Source of the DNA: Firmicutes bacterium ADurb.Bin080
Lineage (GTDB): Bacteria > Bacillota > Clostridia > Christensenellales > DTU072
DNA length: 64,000 nt
Assembly: GCA_002070965.1 (NCBI GenBank)
Contig: MWEH01000193.1
Span: forward strand, 245-64,244
Direction of reading: 5' to 3'
Shown: in pieces, positions 21,101-30,280 of the stretch
Numbering within the stretch: the stretch's first letter is position 1
Layout: the number at the start of each line of letters is the position of its first letter
The notes under the pieces: generated by a model
The model's database searches: none
The model's input: the letters and a program-made list of their open reading frames with translations, nothing else
What the model was told of the DNA's origin: nothing
Translations under genes and position numbers: made by a program

Positions 21101-24100
21101 TTAATGCATAGTTCTCCACCCCTCCGACAAATGAAAGATTGTTAAGCCTATAACTTCCAACCCTTGAGTTGTAATCGGGAGTTTCCATCTCGATAACGTG
21201 TGAAACTAAAGACATACTTTCCAAGGAGAAATAAGCATATCCATTGTCACTAGCCGTGATACTATACCCTAAATTAAAGACATTAGACATACTGTCCGAA
21301 TAGACAAAACCAGAGAATCTGTTAGATGTTGTGTACTTATTTGCTAAGTCAGCTGGATCTATAAAGAAGAAATCATCCGCTCCATACTGTCCATATACAA
21401 TAGAGTGATTTGTTGAGCCATCCGTCTTTGCAATATATGTTGAGAATTGATATCCTCGAGTGGTAATGCCTGGGAGTATTTGAGTTAAAACTGATGAAGT
21501 TATTAGTCCTAACCTGCCCATTATGTAGTCGTAATTAAATGCAGGAGTGCCCCCATTTATATCTAAAAATCTTTCGTAAAGGATAGGAACACGTTTATCT
21601 CCATCTAAATAAGGACTACGAACATAAACGGATAGAGGTTTCTTGGCAACATTCAAGGTGCTTTCCAAGACGGTAAAGTTATAATTGACTAAAGCACCAT
21701 TAAGAACTTCGTATGGGAAGGACACATTAGATCCATCAAGTGTAACTTGTCCAGCGTTTTGGATAAAATCAATAGCCGGTTCGATTGCTCCTCCTTTTTC
21801 TATACCTAAACCTTCAGCTGATTCATGAGGAGCTAGATTGCTATAATAAATTCTATAATCGATTAATGAAGGATTGGCTCCTGAGCCATATACCGTGTTG
21901 ATAACAGCGCTGCCTGCTCCTGACTCAACCCTTAAGCTCGCATCTCTCTTATTAATTCTTAATTCGTAGCTTGAAGAGAACGAGAAGCTATAATTTCCAA
22001 GAACATACTCATATCCAGGCTGGTTGTATACTTGGTTGTCAAAATATACATATAAATCGGTACTATTTACTGATTTTGTGGGATCTAAAGCATCGGAATT
22101 TTCAGTATAAGTTGTATCGTCACCGTTAAGCAAAATTGAAGAAAATTCCGGAGATCCTGCACTGTATGGAATACCCGTTAAATTACCTTCTGGCCCTATT
22201 GTATAAACCGGTAAGTTGGAGAATCCCATGATGTCTTGGTCAAGAATACCATCGAAAGCGAGATCTACGTACGCGTTCCCATATGTCCTGGTTAAATAGG
22301 AGCCACCTTGCAAATACTTAGGCTGTAACGCCTTGCGGGAAATTTTTACATTACCCGGCAATACCCTTATCTCATAACTGTTTGAAGTCGTTGCAAAACC
22401 GGTCGCGTTAAGGGAGTAAGTGTTAACGTTTACTACTCTGTTGAAAATTTCTCCTAAGCCTGGGTTCAAGGGGTTTAAGTAGCAATTATACACCACCGAG
22501 GAATCTATTATTTGTGTTGCAAACTCATGTGGAGATACGATTCCCCCATAAGTATCCTTCAATTTCTGCACTATATCCGGGTCATCCAATCCTGTGACTC
22601 CTGCTTCTTCCCATAAGGATTCGTCTTCTAAGAATGTAGAAGAATCGAAATCAAGATATTCATAACCCTGTACCGCAAACATTTCCAAAGATGTCCCATA
22701 TGGAATAGGAACTTCATAACCGTGGTTAGATAGTCTTAAAGTTAATAATGCTTTGTCTATATAAAAATACGACTGAGAGGATGTAACCAGGGTATAATTT
22801 CCGGTGCTTTCGGAAATATATTTTTCAAGGGTGGTGGGATGCTCAATATACAGTTGATATCTTCCAACTTCAGAAGTCTTTTCTAAATCTTCAATTGGGC
22901 GCGGGAACCCTACAATACTTCCCAACGTTACCAATTCGTTTGTCTGCGGGTCTCTAAGAGAATATCCTCCGTTAGACATATAGTACGAGTAATCGATATA
23001 GGTTTGATATTCTGTTTCTAATTTAGCATTTCCGTATCTCACATGGATATCATTGATGCTTACCAATAAGATTTTGGGATTGATCGTTATTATTCTATTT
23101 TCTGGAGCATATGCCAGAATAAACTCAACGTTGTAATCTTTGCTAGTGAAAATGTAAGGATATACGCCTGCATTTGATGTATCTGTTACTCCCACTGTCC
23201 CAAATTCAAAGGCTAAATATGTGTTTTCATAGGTAATTTTTGTGTAAGCCATCTGCATATAACCCTTAGTAAGGTCAAGATTACCTTGGGCTAGATCAAG
23301 ATTACCTGAGTTAAGAGCAACTAATGTTGCGTTAAGTTTATCATTAATGCCTATATAGGCTGCACTGATAACAGATAAACTTTCAGCTTCCAAAATACTC
23401 CCATATAAAGACAACATATTGCTTGCCGCTAGATAACTGGTTTGTGCAGATACTATGTTTGTCCTGGTAAATGGGACTGAATCCGCGTCAATAATTATTT
23501 TGTCGATTGCGATTCTTAAATCATTCGCGGAAGAAGAAATTTCCTCTAATTCGGAAACAAAATCGTTATATGAACCATCGTTAAGATAATTTCTGACCTT
23601 AGGTATACTCGCGGTTCCAACAGAAACTGATATTGAAGACTTTAAAAATGCAGCTTGCTCGCCATTATACTGCCTTTCTCTTGCAGAAGCAGAAATAATA
23701 ATATTCACATTTTTCTTGTTAATGGTATAAAAGTAATTCTGGGCCAAAGACACTGTATAATTTCTATCCAAAGAACTGACAGCAATACCGTATTCTCCCG
23801 CATCAACGTTTGTCCTTCCATCATTCCCGGTAATTCTCGAAAAGGTGAAAATAATATCATCCTTATCAATGTTTTCGCTCTCCACAAACGAATACATCCC
23901 AGACGTAATTGTCGGTAGATTTCCATCATATGACTTTGTCAAATAATTTTCAATAATACTTATCCTAGCAGCTTTAGGAGTAATTCGATACATGTACGGT
24001 TTAGATAATTGATATATGAAATTACTGTCATCAGAATTTTCCAATATGCTCACATTATAGCTAATAACATTTCCATTAGAATCAAATCGAACATCAGACG

Positions 24101-27100
24101 GCTGATCCCCTTGCGTTACCTGGGCACCCATCTCAAACATCGGTAGCGGGTCTTCATATCCAGGTATTAAATTACCAAGATAATAATCCGTAGGTTGAAA
24201 TCCCGCAGAAATACCATCATATTCTTTTTGGAAAGTTAGTCCATCTGGTGAATTAACATTAATGGAAACACTAATTGTCCTTGGCAAAATTGAAAACTGA
24301 ACTGTCGGATTGTTTTCAACAGGAAGATAGTAGTTCAGAGGATCAGAAATGCTATCAACTTTTGTTGAATATGTTCCCGCATTTAATGCAGATGAGAGTG
24401 TTAAATATACACTAACGTTATCATATATCGGTTGATTATTATGATCCGTTTTCACAGTCCCATCCTCATTATATTGGAGTTGCAGATCTTCAAGATTAAT
24501 TGAAGCAGAAATTATATATGACGTAGCTTTATATTGCTGGTTGGCGGGCAAATCATTGTATTGAATCCTCACAGTTTTGGGTAAAACTGTAAAAACATAT
24601 GTGTTATTTAGTGAGATACTATAATTGGGATTGCTATTTGATAACTCAACCGTGTATTGCCCAACATTCTTAAGAGAGTAAGGGCATGAAACTTCGACAA
24701 AAGGAAGAACAGACGAGCTGTTTGAATAGGTGGAATACTGTCCAGATACGTACTCCAAAACAGTTAAATCTGATTTGAGGATAGACGGCTTTCTCCCATC
24801 ATATGTTTTTGTTAAACTCGAAGTATTAATTGATACATATAAATCTTTTTTTAAGATGGTAAGATTGGCGGGAACATACGTTATGGAGTAGTTACTGTTT
24901 TCTTGCATTAAATCTCCAATTCTAATAGAATACGTCCCAACATCCTCCCCTAAATCTCTTGTCAAAGATCCAGCTAAATGTTCAGTAATTGCTACTCCTC
25001 CTTCTACCCTCGGAATTCCATATTCATCCCTCAAAGCTACGAGACCCGAGGAGAGAATTCCTGAAACAGGAGAAGCCGTATAAGTGAGCGTTGCGGGATC
25101 TGATTGTCCGAATATTTTCTGAATATTTACAGGAGATACAAGTACTGCTCTTTTCTCAACAACCACGATTCCGTTTGAACAAATAACGTTATAATTTGAG
25201 CTGCTTTCCAAATTGGGAGTGATTATGGGCATTACATCATATTTCCCAACAGGGCTAAGATAATCAACACTATGTTCAAAAGATAATGTCCCCAGGTCAC
25301 TAGGATCATCTCCTAGCGCAAAGGCACCGTTGGTAATTGTACAAAGAGAATCCTTAAAGTATTGTACGGTTGGTTGCATGAACAAATCGCCATAGACTTT
25401 TACAATACTATCCGCTCTAACATATATATTTTTCGCGAGGATATTTACATATTTTGGATCAGGAGACTCTACCGTATTGGAAAAAATGACTTCATAATTT
25501 AAATTAGAAAGCCCTAAATTCCCCCTTGTGATAAGATAACTGCCAACATCTGAAACATCTGGATTAACTCTGTTAAGTTGGCCAGTTAAGGTATCGGCTC
25601 CATACAAACCGCTATCATTTATTGGCTCAGGCAGAGTTACTTTTTCTGTTTCAAAGCTTATTATAGGCATAGGATCGCCGTAAATATAGCTAACAGACAA
25701 AGGAGAAACTACCACCTTTCTTTTTTCAACATTAAACACCGAGTCTTCGAAGATTATGTTGTAATTGTTGCTAATTATTTTATTGGCAGTAAAACTAATG
25801 CTATAAGTTCCAGCAGAGGAACCCTCAGATAAGGTCTCCCCCCCAGCGCGGGAAATCCGGAAATCAAACATGTTAAGTTCTATTGGTTCTCCAGTACCGG
25901 GATCAATAAATTGATTCCCGTATTTGTCCGAAAGATAACAAATACTTGGATATACTTCTGATGAAGGATTGAAATTTTCATGAGAAAAATAATCCTGGTA
26001 AGCAAATAACGTGAGAGGATTGTCTAAGATTACATCTGATTTAAGTCCCTTCATAACCAACAGAATAGGTGGATTCTCGGTCCCGTAAATTTTCTTCTGT
26101 CCGGGATAGAATGAGAAGTAAAGGCTTTTCTTATTTATAACTAATCTCTTATCCGTGTTTTGATATTTATTATGAATGGCGTCTCCATTGAAATCGTTCT
26201 CAGCTCCTCCATCAAAAGTAACCACTATGTAGTAAGTCCCTGCACGGGTAGGAAGATCTGTATAATCAATTAGTGGGCTCATAGCCTGACTTAGCCATAT
26301 ATTCTCTTCAATATACTCAACTCTAAAGTCGCTGTTCAAATACTTTCTATCCCTGACTGGACTAGAATAAGTATCGAAACCCCAAAGTTCTACCAAAGGA
26401 GCATTTGCGGTTCCATAGGTGAAAGTGTAAATGTTCTGAGTGCTAAATCTTGCTTCTACCTCTTTTCTATCTCGCATTACAATATTAAAGCCAAGAGATT
26501 GCAAGTCATCATACTGAATGTCCGAGGCATAATAAACGAGAATTCTTTGAACTTTATCATACCCGGTAAATTCACGGTTATCGAAATTTTCTGTGGAAAT
26601 CTTGAAAAGGCCCTCTGAGTCAACGACTGCCTCGGAAAAATCTCTTAGCTCGGTTTCACCATTGTTATAAAAAGCGGTTATGGATCCCGTTTGATTGTCG
26701 AAATCTTCTCCCTCTATATAAAACTGTTTTGGAATTTCACTTAGCTCAATTCGAATAAGCTTCTTCTCCGTAATATTTACCTGAACATCCGTGGTTCTTG
26801 TTACACCATCGAAAGTATATCTAATTGTAACGGTTCTTTCCCCTACAGTTCTATTTGTCTTATCATAACCGTTTGGATTTTCAGCAGATATTTGAATTAA
26901 GCTTTGAATCATGGGAATAAACTTAGGATCCGCTTCAATCTGTTCGCCGGTTTGAAATCTTAATCCTAGTTTAACCCCTTTAAGGTCAATATCCGCACCT
27001 TGAACCGCAACTAACTCTGGGCTGTCTTCTGTAATGTATATCTCAGTTAATACACTCTTAAGCATGAAAACGACAAAGGACAAATATATTTCTTGTGAAG

Positions 27101-29948
27101 AAGAATATCTGTAATTTAGGCGGGAATACTGGGTAATACTACTATCCTTATTATAATCATCAACATCTAAATCCATCACTAATTCTTCGTAAGTAATTGT
27201 ATCTGAAGTCCCATCAGAGAAAGTCCTTACAACCAACAGACTTGAAAAATCTCGGCTGTAATACTCTATTTCACCTTCAGTCAGAGCACTGGTATTAAGT
27301 GTAAGTGGCTGGATGTCTTCCCCTTCTCTTTTTGTAGTTGATGGAACCTTTTTGCCCCCATATTCATACCATTTAACATCAGATTCGTTCCCTTCCCAAA
27401 CGATTGACGTCAAGGCAGCAGCAGATACAGTTACGTCAAATGTTGTTTCCCATCTGGTAGCATATTCATCGAAATATGTTACCGTTATTTCTTGTAAACC
27501 AACATCTCCTGAATTAAATCCAGCAAATAACAGTTTGTCATCTTCAATTGCCTGCTCTGTATTAATGGTCTTTCTAGTATCGTTGTCGTATAAAATATGG
27601 AGAAGTATTCCTGAGGGATCTAAAGGAATAGATCCGCCAGGAACCATATAATAATCTGTTTTTGTCGGCAAACTTACTATCTCTATTCCTATTATCGACA
27701 CTTCAAGCACTTCTACAGTAGTTGTCCTTGAAGGGATCGTGTCTTCCTCTCCAATTGGTGGGACCATAGGATAATATACTGTAACCGTTCTAGTGGGCAA
27801 AATCGTGTTATTTATGTCCGGGTCTGAGACCATTTCTTTTTTAATCTCTTTAAATGCTGTCTCGGACTCATAAAGAACTTCTATATAATAAGTCCCATAA
27901 TCTATTTCCTTCCCCGGAAGAACTGACCCTAAGTTCTCAACAGGTTGAAAATATTCTATACCTCCATCAACTATTTTTTTGTAAAATGGATTAGGCGAAA
28001 AATCCACAAAGTCATTGGTAACGGTGACATCGAGAGGAAAAGATGTTGCAAGTCCAGGATTTTTTAAGTAAACGACAATGTTAATCGGACTTCCAGCGAC
28101 TATTTCCCCATCAGTTTTTGTGAATCTGTTATTTTCGTCAAACCACTCGCATTCAAAGGACCATCCTTTTAAGGCAAAATCTTGATCCTCGTACTTTAAT
28201 GTAGTAGAGCTTCCTAAATACTCATAATTAACTATTAGTTCCAAACCTTCTGGATTGAAAATTTCCCTAAGTATATAATTAACTTCGGGATAATTAGAAA
28301 CTTCAACGTTAAGAACCCTTCTGATTACATTAACATTTAGAGTTGTATCAAACGATGGGATGTAATCATCCTCATAATGCACATTAGCAACCTTTAACCC
28401 TTCAGACAAATTATCAAATGAAACATTTTCTTTTTGTAAAGGGATTCCAGGTAACCCTGAACTAGGTTCACGTAATTGACCGTTAGAATACGTGACTTTC
28501 ATATAAATGTCTGACGTATCTATTTCGTCGCCCAGGAAAACGTTTACGGAATCTACGGGATCTGCCAATTGGTTAACAAAATCTATGGAATCCACCGTCA
28601 GAGGTAAAACCTGAATATCATAATATATTTCAACTTCCGCACTTCTTCTAATTCTCCATACATACTCGCCTGGCTCTGCATAAGACAAAATGGGCTCACC
28701 GTCTTCCCAAACAACCATTGAATTAGAAAAAACGAGATTATCTGAAATCTCTCCATTGTTATAAACTATTCTATATTCCCAATCGCTAGTATCAATAAAG
28801 GTATCTTGATAAATTGGATCATTAGTACGAATAATCTCTATAGTATACTCAACTCTCGGGATTATGTTCACTGTCAAAGTACCTTTGGTAAGCATTTCCA
28901 CGCCTGCGTATGTAAAAATAATCTGAGCAGTTTGTTCTCCGGCTATTTTTTCATCATATCCCGAAATTTCGACTTTTTCATTAGGCAGATTAAGGGTTTC
29001 CTTTTGATTATTATTGTACGTAATCTCAATTATACTTCCACTTAAATCTAATGGAATATTCTGCATTTGATCTCCGGGCGATTGAAGAAAACGATAGGAT
29101 AAAACATCCCTTACTTTAACCTTGACGTCGAAAGTTGCAGAAAAGCCCCCGTATATAACTTCAACCTGACTTTTCTCTGAAACAGTAATATTGTTCCAAT
29201 TATAAAACAATCCGCTAATCAGTTGTCCGGTTTGATTGGTCATGCTGATTTCAGTCGAATAACCACTGTTATATTTTAGTAGGAGTTTTCCCCCAGCCAA
29301 ATCCAACTCAGGCTCTCCTACATAATAAATGTTCTTTATAGGATTTTGGGTTACTTCAATAGATGTTAGTTCTTTTTCAATCACTGAAACAACAAATTTA
29401 ACTTCTTTACTCTGCCCACCGTATGTATAGTTAACAGTGATCGTTTGCTTCCCAATTTTGTCACGATCGAAGCCCGTGCACATTTCCTCAGTTATAGGAA
29501 TCACCGCAGTTTCTCCGTTTATCAACGTAAGACTAATGAAAGCATTATCGAGATTTAAATTCTGATCCTGAACCAGAGTTGCGTTGCCACTAGAAATCAG
29601 CACAACTGCTGTTTGTATTTCCTGTTTTACAACGGTTATCTCTAGGGTGGCACTTCGATCTTCATAAAAAATCTGCACATACTGCTTTCCAAGAATTGTC
29701 GGATCAAATCCAGAAATCATACTTGGAGTAACATCGATAATTTTTTCGGTATTGTTTTTGTACACAATTCGAACTTGAGCATTTGATAAATCTATTTCCT
29801 CTCCCTCAAGGTATGTCAACCTAGGAGAGTTGTATATCTCTATATAGTCGATATTTGCTTCCTTCCCACAAGAAATCAAAAGACTTGATAGAGTCAAAAC
29901 AACAACGATTATTAACAAACCTATGGGTAAAAATCTTTTGAAATGCAT
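18111..29948 (-). CDS. Giant surface lipoprotein (3945 aa) with Big_3-like Ig repeats, MBG-type repeats and a non-repetitive C-terminal region
   Basis: Uninterrupted 11.8-kb ORF in AT-rich DNA. Signal peptide with lipobox LISC (Cys27). About 12-13 repeats of ~85 aa of the type Y.EG..LDL.G..V...Y.NG......ISGFD....G.Q.V.V.Y (to about aa 1150). At least 13 modules with K.YG..DP / K.YDG and NY..I....L.I.KK signatures (about aa 1270-2800). AGGAAG RBS. Confidence 0.9.
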   Translation of the reverse strand: MHFKRFLPIGLLIIVVVLTLSSLLISCGKEANIDYIEIYNSPRLTYLEGEEIDLSNAQVRIVYKNNTEKIIDVTPSMISGFDPTILGKQYVQIFYEDRSATLEITVVKQEIQTAVVLISSGNATLVQDQNLNLDNAFISLTLINGETAVIPITEEMCTGFDRDKIGKQTITVNYTYGGQSKEVKFVVSVIEKELTSIEVTQNPIKNIYYVGEPELDLAGGKLLLKYNSGYSTEISMTNQTGQLISGLFYNWNNITVSEKSQVEVIYGGFSATFDVKVKVRDVLSYRFLQSPGDQMQNIPLDLSGSIIEITYNNNQKETLNLPNEKVEISGYDEKIAGEQTAQIIFTYAGVEMLTKGTLTVNIIPRVEYTIEIIRTNDPIYQDTFIDTSDWEYRIVYNNGEISDNLVFSNSMVVWEDGEPILSYAEPGEYVWRIRRSAEVEIYYDIQVLPLTVDSIDFVNQLADPVDSVNVFLGDEIDTSDIYMKVTYSNGQLREPSSGLPGIPLQKENVSFDNLSEGLKVANVHYEDDYIPSFDTTLNVNVIRRVLNVEVSNYPEVNYILREIFNPEGLELIVNYEYLGSSTTLKYEDQDFALKGWSFECEWFDENNRFTKTDGEIVAGSPINIVVYLKNPGLATSFPLDVTVTNDFVDFSPNPFYKKIVDGGIEYFQPVENLGSVLPGKEIDYGTYYIEVLYESETAFKEIKKEMVSDPDINNTILPTRTVTVYYPMVPPIGEEDTIPSRTTTVEVLEVSIIGIEIVSLPTKTDYYMVPGGSIPLDPSGILLHILYDNDTRKTINTEQAIEDDKLLFAGFNSGDVGLQEITVTYFDEYATRWETTFDVTVSAAALTSIVWEGNESDVKWYEYGGKKVPSTTKREGEDIQPLTLNTSALTEGEIEYYSRDFSSLLVVRTFSDGTSDTITYEELVMDLDVDDYNKDSSITQYSRLNYRYSSSQEIYLSFVVFMLKSVLTEIYITEDSPELVAVQGADIDLKGVKLGLRFQTGEQIEADPKFIPMIQSLIQISAENPNGYDKTNRTVGERTVTIRYTFDGVTRTTDVQVNITEKKLIRIELSEIPKQFYIEGEDFDNQTGSITAFYNNGETELRDFSEAVVDSEGLFKISTENFDNREFTGYDKVQRILVYYASDIQYDDLQSLGFNIVMRDRKEVEARFSTQNIYTFTYGTANAPLVELWGFDTYSSPVRDRKYLNSDFRVEYIEENIWLSQAMSPLIDYTDLPTRAGTYYIVVTFDGGAENDFNGDAIHNKYQNTDKRLVINKKSLYFSFYPGQKKIYGTENPPILLVMKGLKSDVILDNPLTLFAYQDYFSHENFNPSSEVYPSICYLSDKYGNQFIDPGTGEPIELNMFDFRISRAGGETLSEGSSAGTYSISFTANKIISNNYNIIFEDSVFNVEKRKVVVSPLSVSYIYGDPMPIISFETEKVTLPEPINDSGLYGADTLTGQLNRVNPDVSDVGSYLITRGNLGLSNLNYEVIFSNTVESPDPKYVNILAKNIYVRADSIVKVYGDLFMQPTVQYFKDSLCTITNGAFALGDDPSDLGTLSFEHSVDYLSPVGKYDVMPIITPNLESSSNYNVICSNGIVVVEKRAVLVSPVNIQKIFGQSDPATLTYTASPVSGILSSGLVALRDEYGIPRVEGGVAITEHLAGSLTRDLGEDVGTYSIRIGDLMQENSNYSITYVPANLTILKKDLYVSINTSSLTKTYDGRKPSILKSDLTVLEYVSGQYSTYSNSSSVLPFVEVSCPYSLKNVGQYTVELSNSNPNYSISLNNTYVFTVLPKTVRIQYNDLPANQQYKATSYIISASINLEDLQLQYNEDGTVKTDHNNQPIYDNVSVYLTLSSALNAGTYSTKVDSISDPLNYYLPVENNPTVQFSILPRTISVSINVNSPDGLTFQKEYDGISAGFQPTDYYLGNLIPGYEDPLPMFEMGAQVTQGDQPSDVRFDSNGNVISYNVSILENSDDSNFIYQLSKPYMYRITPKAARISIIENYLTKSYDGNLPTITSGMYSFVESENIDKDDIIFTFSRITGNDGRTNVDAGEYGIAVSSLDRNYTVSLAQNYFYTINKKNVNIIISASARERQYNGEQAAFLKSSISVSVGTASIPKVRNYLNDGSYNDFVSELEEISSSANDLRIAIDKIIIDADSVPFTRTNIVSAQTSYLAASNMLSLYGSILEAESLSVISAAYIGINDKLNATLVALNSGNLDLAQGNLDLTKGYMQMAYTKITYENTYLAFEFGTVGVTDTSNAGVYPYIFTSKDYNVEFILAYAPENRIITINPKILLVSINDIHVRYGNAKLETEYQTYIDYSYYMSNGGYSLRDPQTNELVTLGSIVGFPRPIEDLEKTSEVGRYQLYIEHPTTLEKYISESTGNYTLVTSSQSYFYIDKALLTLRLSNHGYEVPIPYGTSLEMFAVQGYEYLDFDSSTFLEDESLWEEAGVTGLDDPDIVQKLKDTYGGIVSPHEFATQIIDSSVVYNCYLNPLNPGLGEIFNRVVNVNTYSLNATGFATTSNSYEIRVLPGNVKISRKALQPKYLQGGSYLTRTYGNAYVDLAFDGILDQDIMGFSNLPVYTIGPEGNLTGIPYSAGSPEFSSILLNGDDTTYTENSDALDPTKSVNSTDLYVYFDNQVYNQPGYEYVLGNYSFSFSSSYELRINKRDASLRVESGAGSAVINTVYGSGANPSLIDYRIYYSNLAPHESAEGLGIEKGGAIEPAIDFIQNAGQVTLDGSNVSFPYEVLNGALVNYNFTVLESTLNVAKKPLSVYVRSPYLDGDKRVPILYERFLDINGGTPAFNYDYIMGRLGLITSSVLTQILPGITTRGYQFSTYIAKTDGSTNHSIVYGQYGADDFFFIDPADLANKYTTSNRFSGFVYSDSMSNVFNLGYSITASDNGYAYFSLESMSLVSHVIEMETPDYNSRVGSYRLNNLSFVGGVENYALTYEPMEYKIITQVGRMRAAKNQVILNSNKPNISDLIKVDAYRIDIMVGSVSVTPETIVFGQSDYLEKTLTSPDESTFVSNNQNYYLELEYLQTYPLYKALSSYEFTAPGQPSITLVEGRGTGQIGNPTVLEVTNMDVETRVPVRIYDESNLAGEAEFNGSSGVLPYLFHEFTPGTYLSGPYGAPLSNYEYDRIETSFRLPVIDKSLDYKASFLINGSLTSGPYITLEFLKGAPGKAYISRYDGTLPDPIESLVLDLRNAKPFDGFTHDLRIILDKRLGSVIVSFDYSTSQMVYLEDIGVTLAGTGAHVLAEQSQLGFRTENTNAYLRYFSWARQGYIDNYATKIQRININDQGLFGNGDHDLHIVLNNNKVLSATIDVRNVFSPYMPAIEGQRFEYYVNGILQQSIEYEDDIELYSDLTLYPGLNNVEVYVYYNDGVSPEIMVCREIADVLVDNEPFRYSLTKSSESTPVSLDGGAMRFYIPNSGYTEPEYVLDAASSPEMSRFILSHYSTAGTEAPNSPLIRSAEFSMSFAEAKYQTGPSTEEYYLGESKYSFNLFMDGATYATDDGSGTLRGISLILNKNRTSQATYSYSGKLVVANRLATSKHTPKQITVPFNELSTFDFDDGAIYTFGFYLDRDDINNYESLGYDRRVGDGGLYIRILRNGVKVFDQYVDTEYVIDNASTTVTLSDPNYDILSPIWLTQATGQSNGISIGASKVFRNTLYDVSINKNSSSNVDYLVDGSYQQKDVRQGNSLNALGDEISVMLSDGYENQLISRFENTAISYTSNSLGTTPGWVWHIVGNTPIGVGYDNKYNKGMKLVYDDVAGELNFVFYYEGMDYLEQPLSVPLAGLLDSSVKHNIRVEFDRLRYSTDSSTSYNVMAGSLALTDSNSSGLPIHYGKALVFIDNMPAQEVFFPYYESGEAWYRTNNDITYGTTYQGAGTESAYADYSQFFNCYNLGELVFIDSDITLHDYSSHFGTTNSEYLDVVDNGIPAI

Positions 29949-30003
29949 TAATATCTTCCTATAATTATCGAGTTATTATTATGCGCGCTACATGCACACA
30001 ATT

Positions 30004-30032
30004 ATTATATATTATTAATATTAATAGAACAA
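30004..30032 (-). promoter_or_regulatory. Putative promoter of the 3945-aa gene
   Basis: Minus strand TTGTTC (30027-30032), 17 nt, TATAAT (30004-30009). Predicted 5' UTR about 50 nt. Confidence 0.45.
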
Positions 30033-30039
30033 CAGATAT

Positions 30040-30053
30040 TTCCCTTAAAATTG
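30040..30053 (-). promoter_or_regulatory. 14-nt motif CAATTTTAAGGGAA, 7 nt upstream of the -35
   Basis: Identical 14-mer at 59182-59195, 10 nt upstream of the -35 of the 534-aa GLUG protein gene. Confidence 0.45.
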
Positions 30054-30235
30054 GGTGAATTCTTTATGTAAAATTGTTATTAGCTTTCAATCTCTCTTAA
30101 TATTCCCACTCGATAGTGGGTTACAATAATTGCTTTTCTTTTTCTTCGATATTATCCCTCTAGAGTTTAATTTTTAATGGTAATTCTTAGGTTTTCGAGT
30201 ATTTTATGGTAGTTATTAGCCGAATAAAAAAGTAC

Positions 30236-30263
30236 ATAAAAAAGGGGACCAACCGGTCCCCTC
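30236..30263 (-). terminator. Rho-independent terminator after the Y1-like gene
   Basis: Minus strand GGGGACC-ggtt-GGTCCCC hairpin (30244-30261) followed by TTTTTT (complement of 30238-30243), 20 nt after the TAA at 30281-30283. Confidence 0.85.
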
Positions 30264-30280
30264 AAAAAATACTACGAGTT

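Noticed and set aside
25848-25854. G7 (C7 on the plus strand) homopolymer inside the 3945-aa gene as a slipped-strand phase-variation switch. More generally, a diversity-generating retroelement or invertible promoter acting on the surface genes.
   Set aside because: A comparable C6 run occurs in housekeeping rnj (4064-4069), and seven residues is short for efficient slippage. No reverse transcriptase, template/variable repeat pair, recombinase or flanking inverted repeats were seen near any of the promoters.
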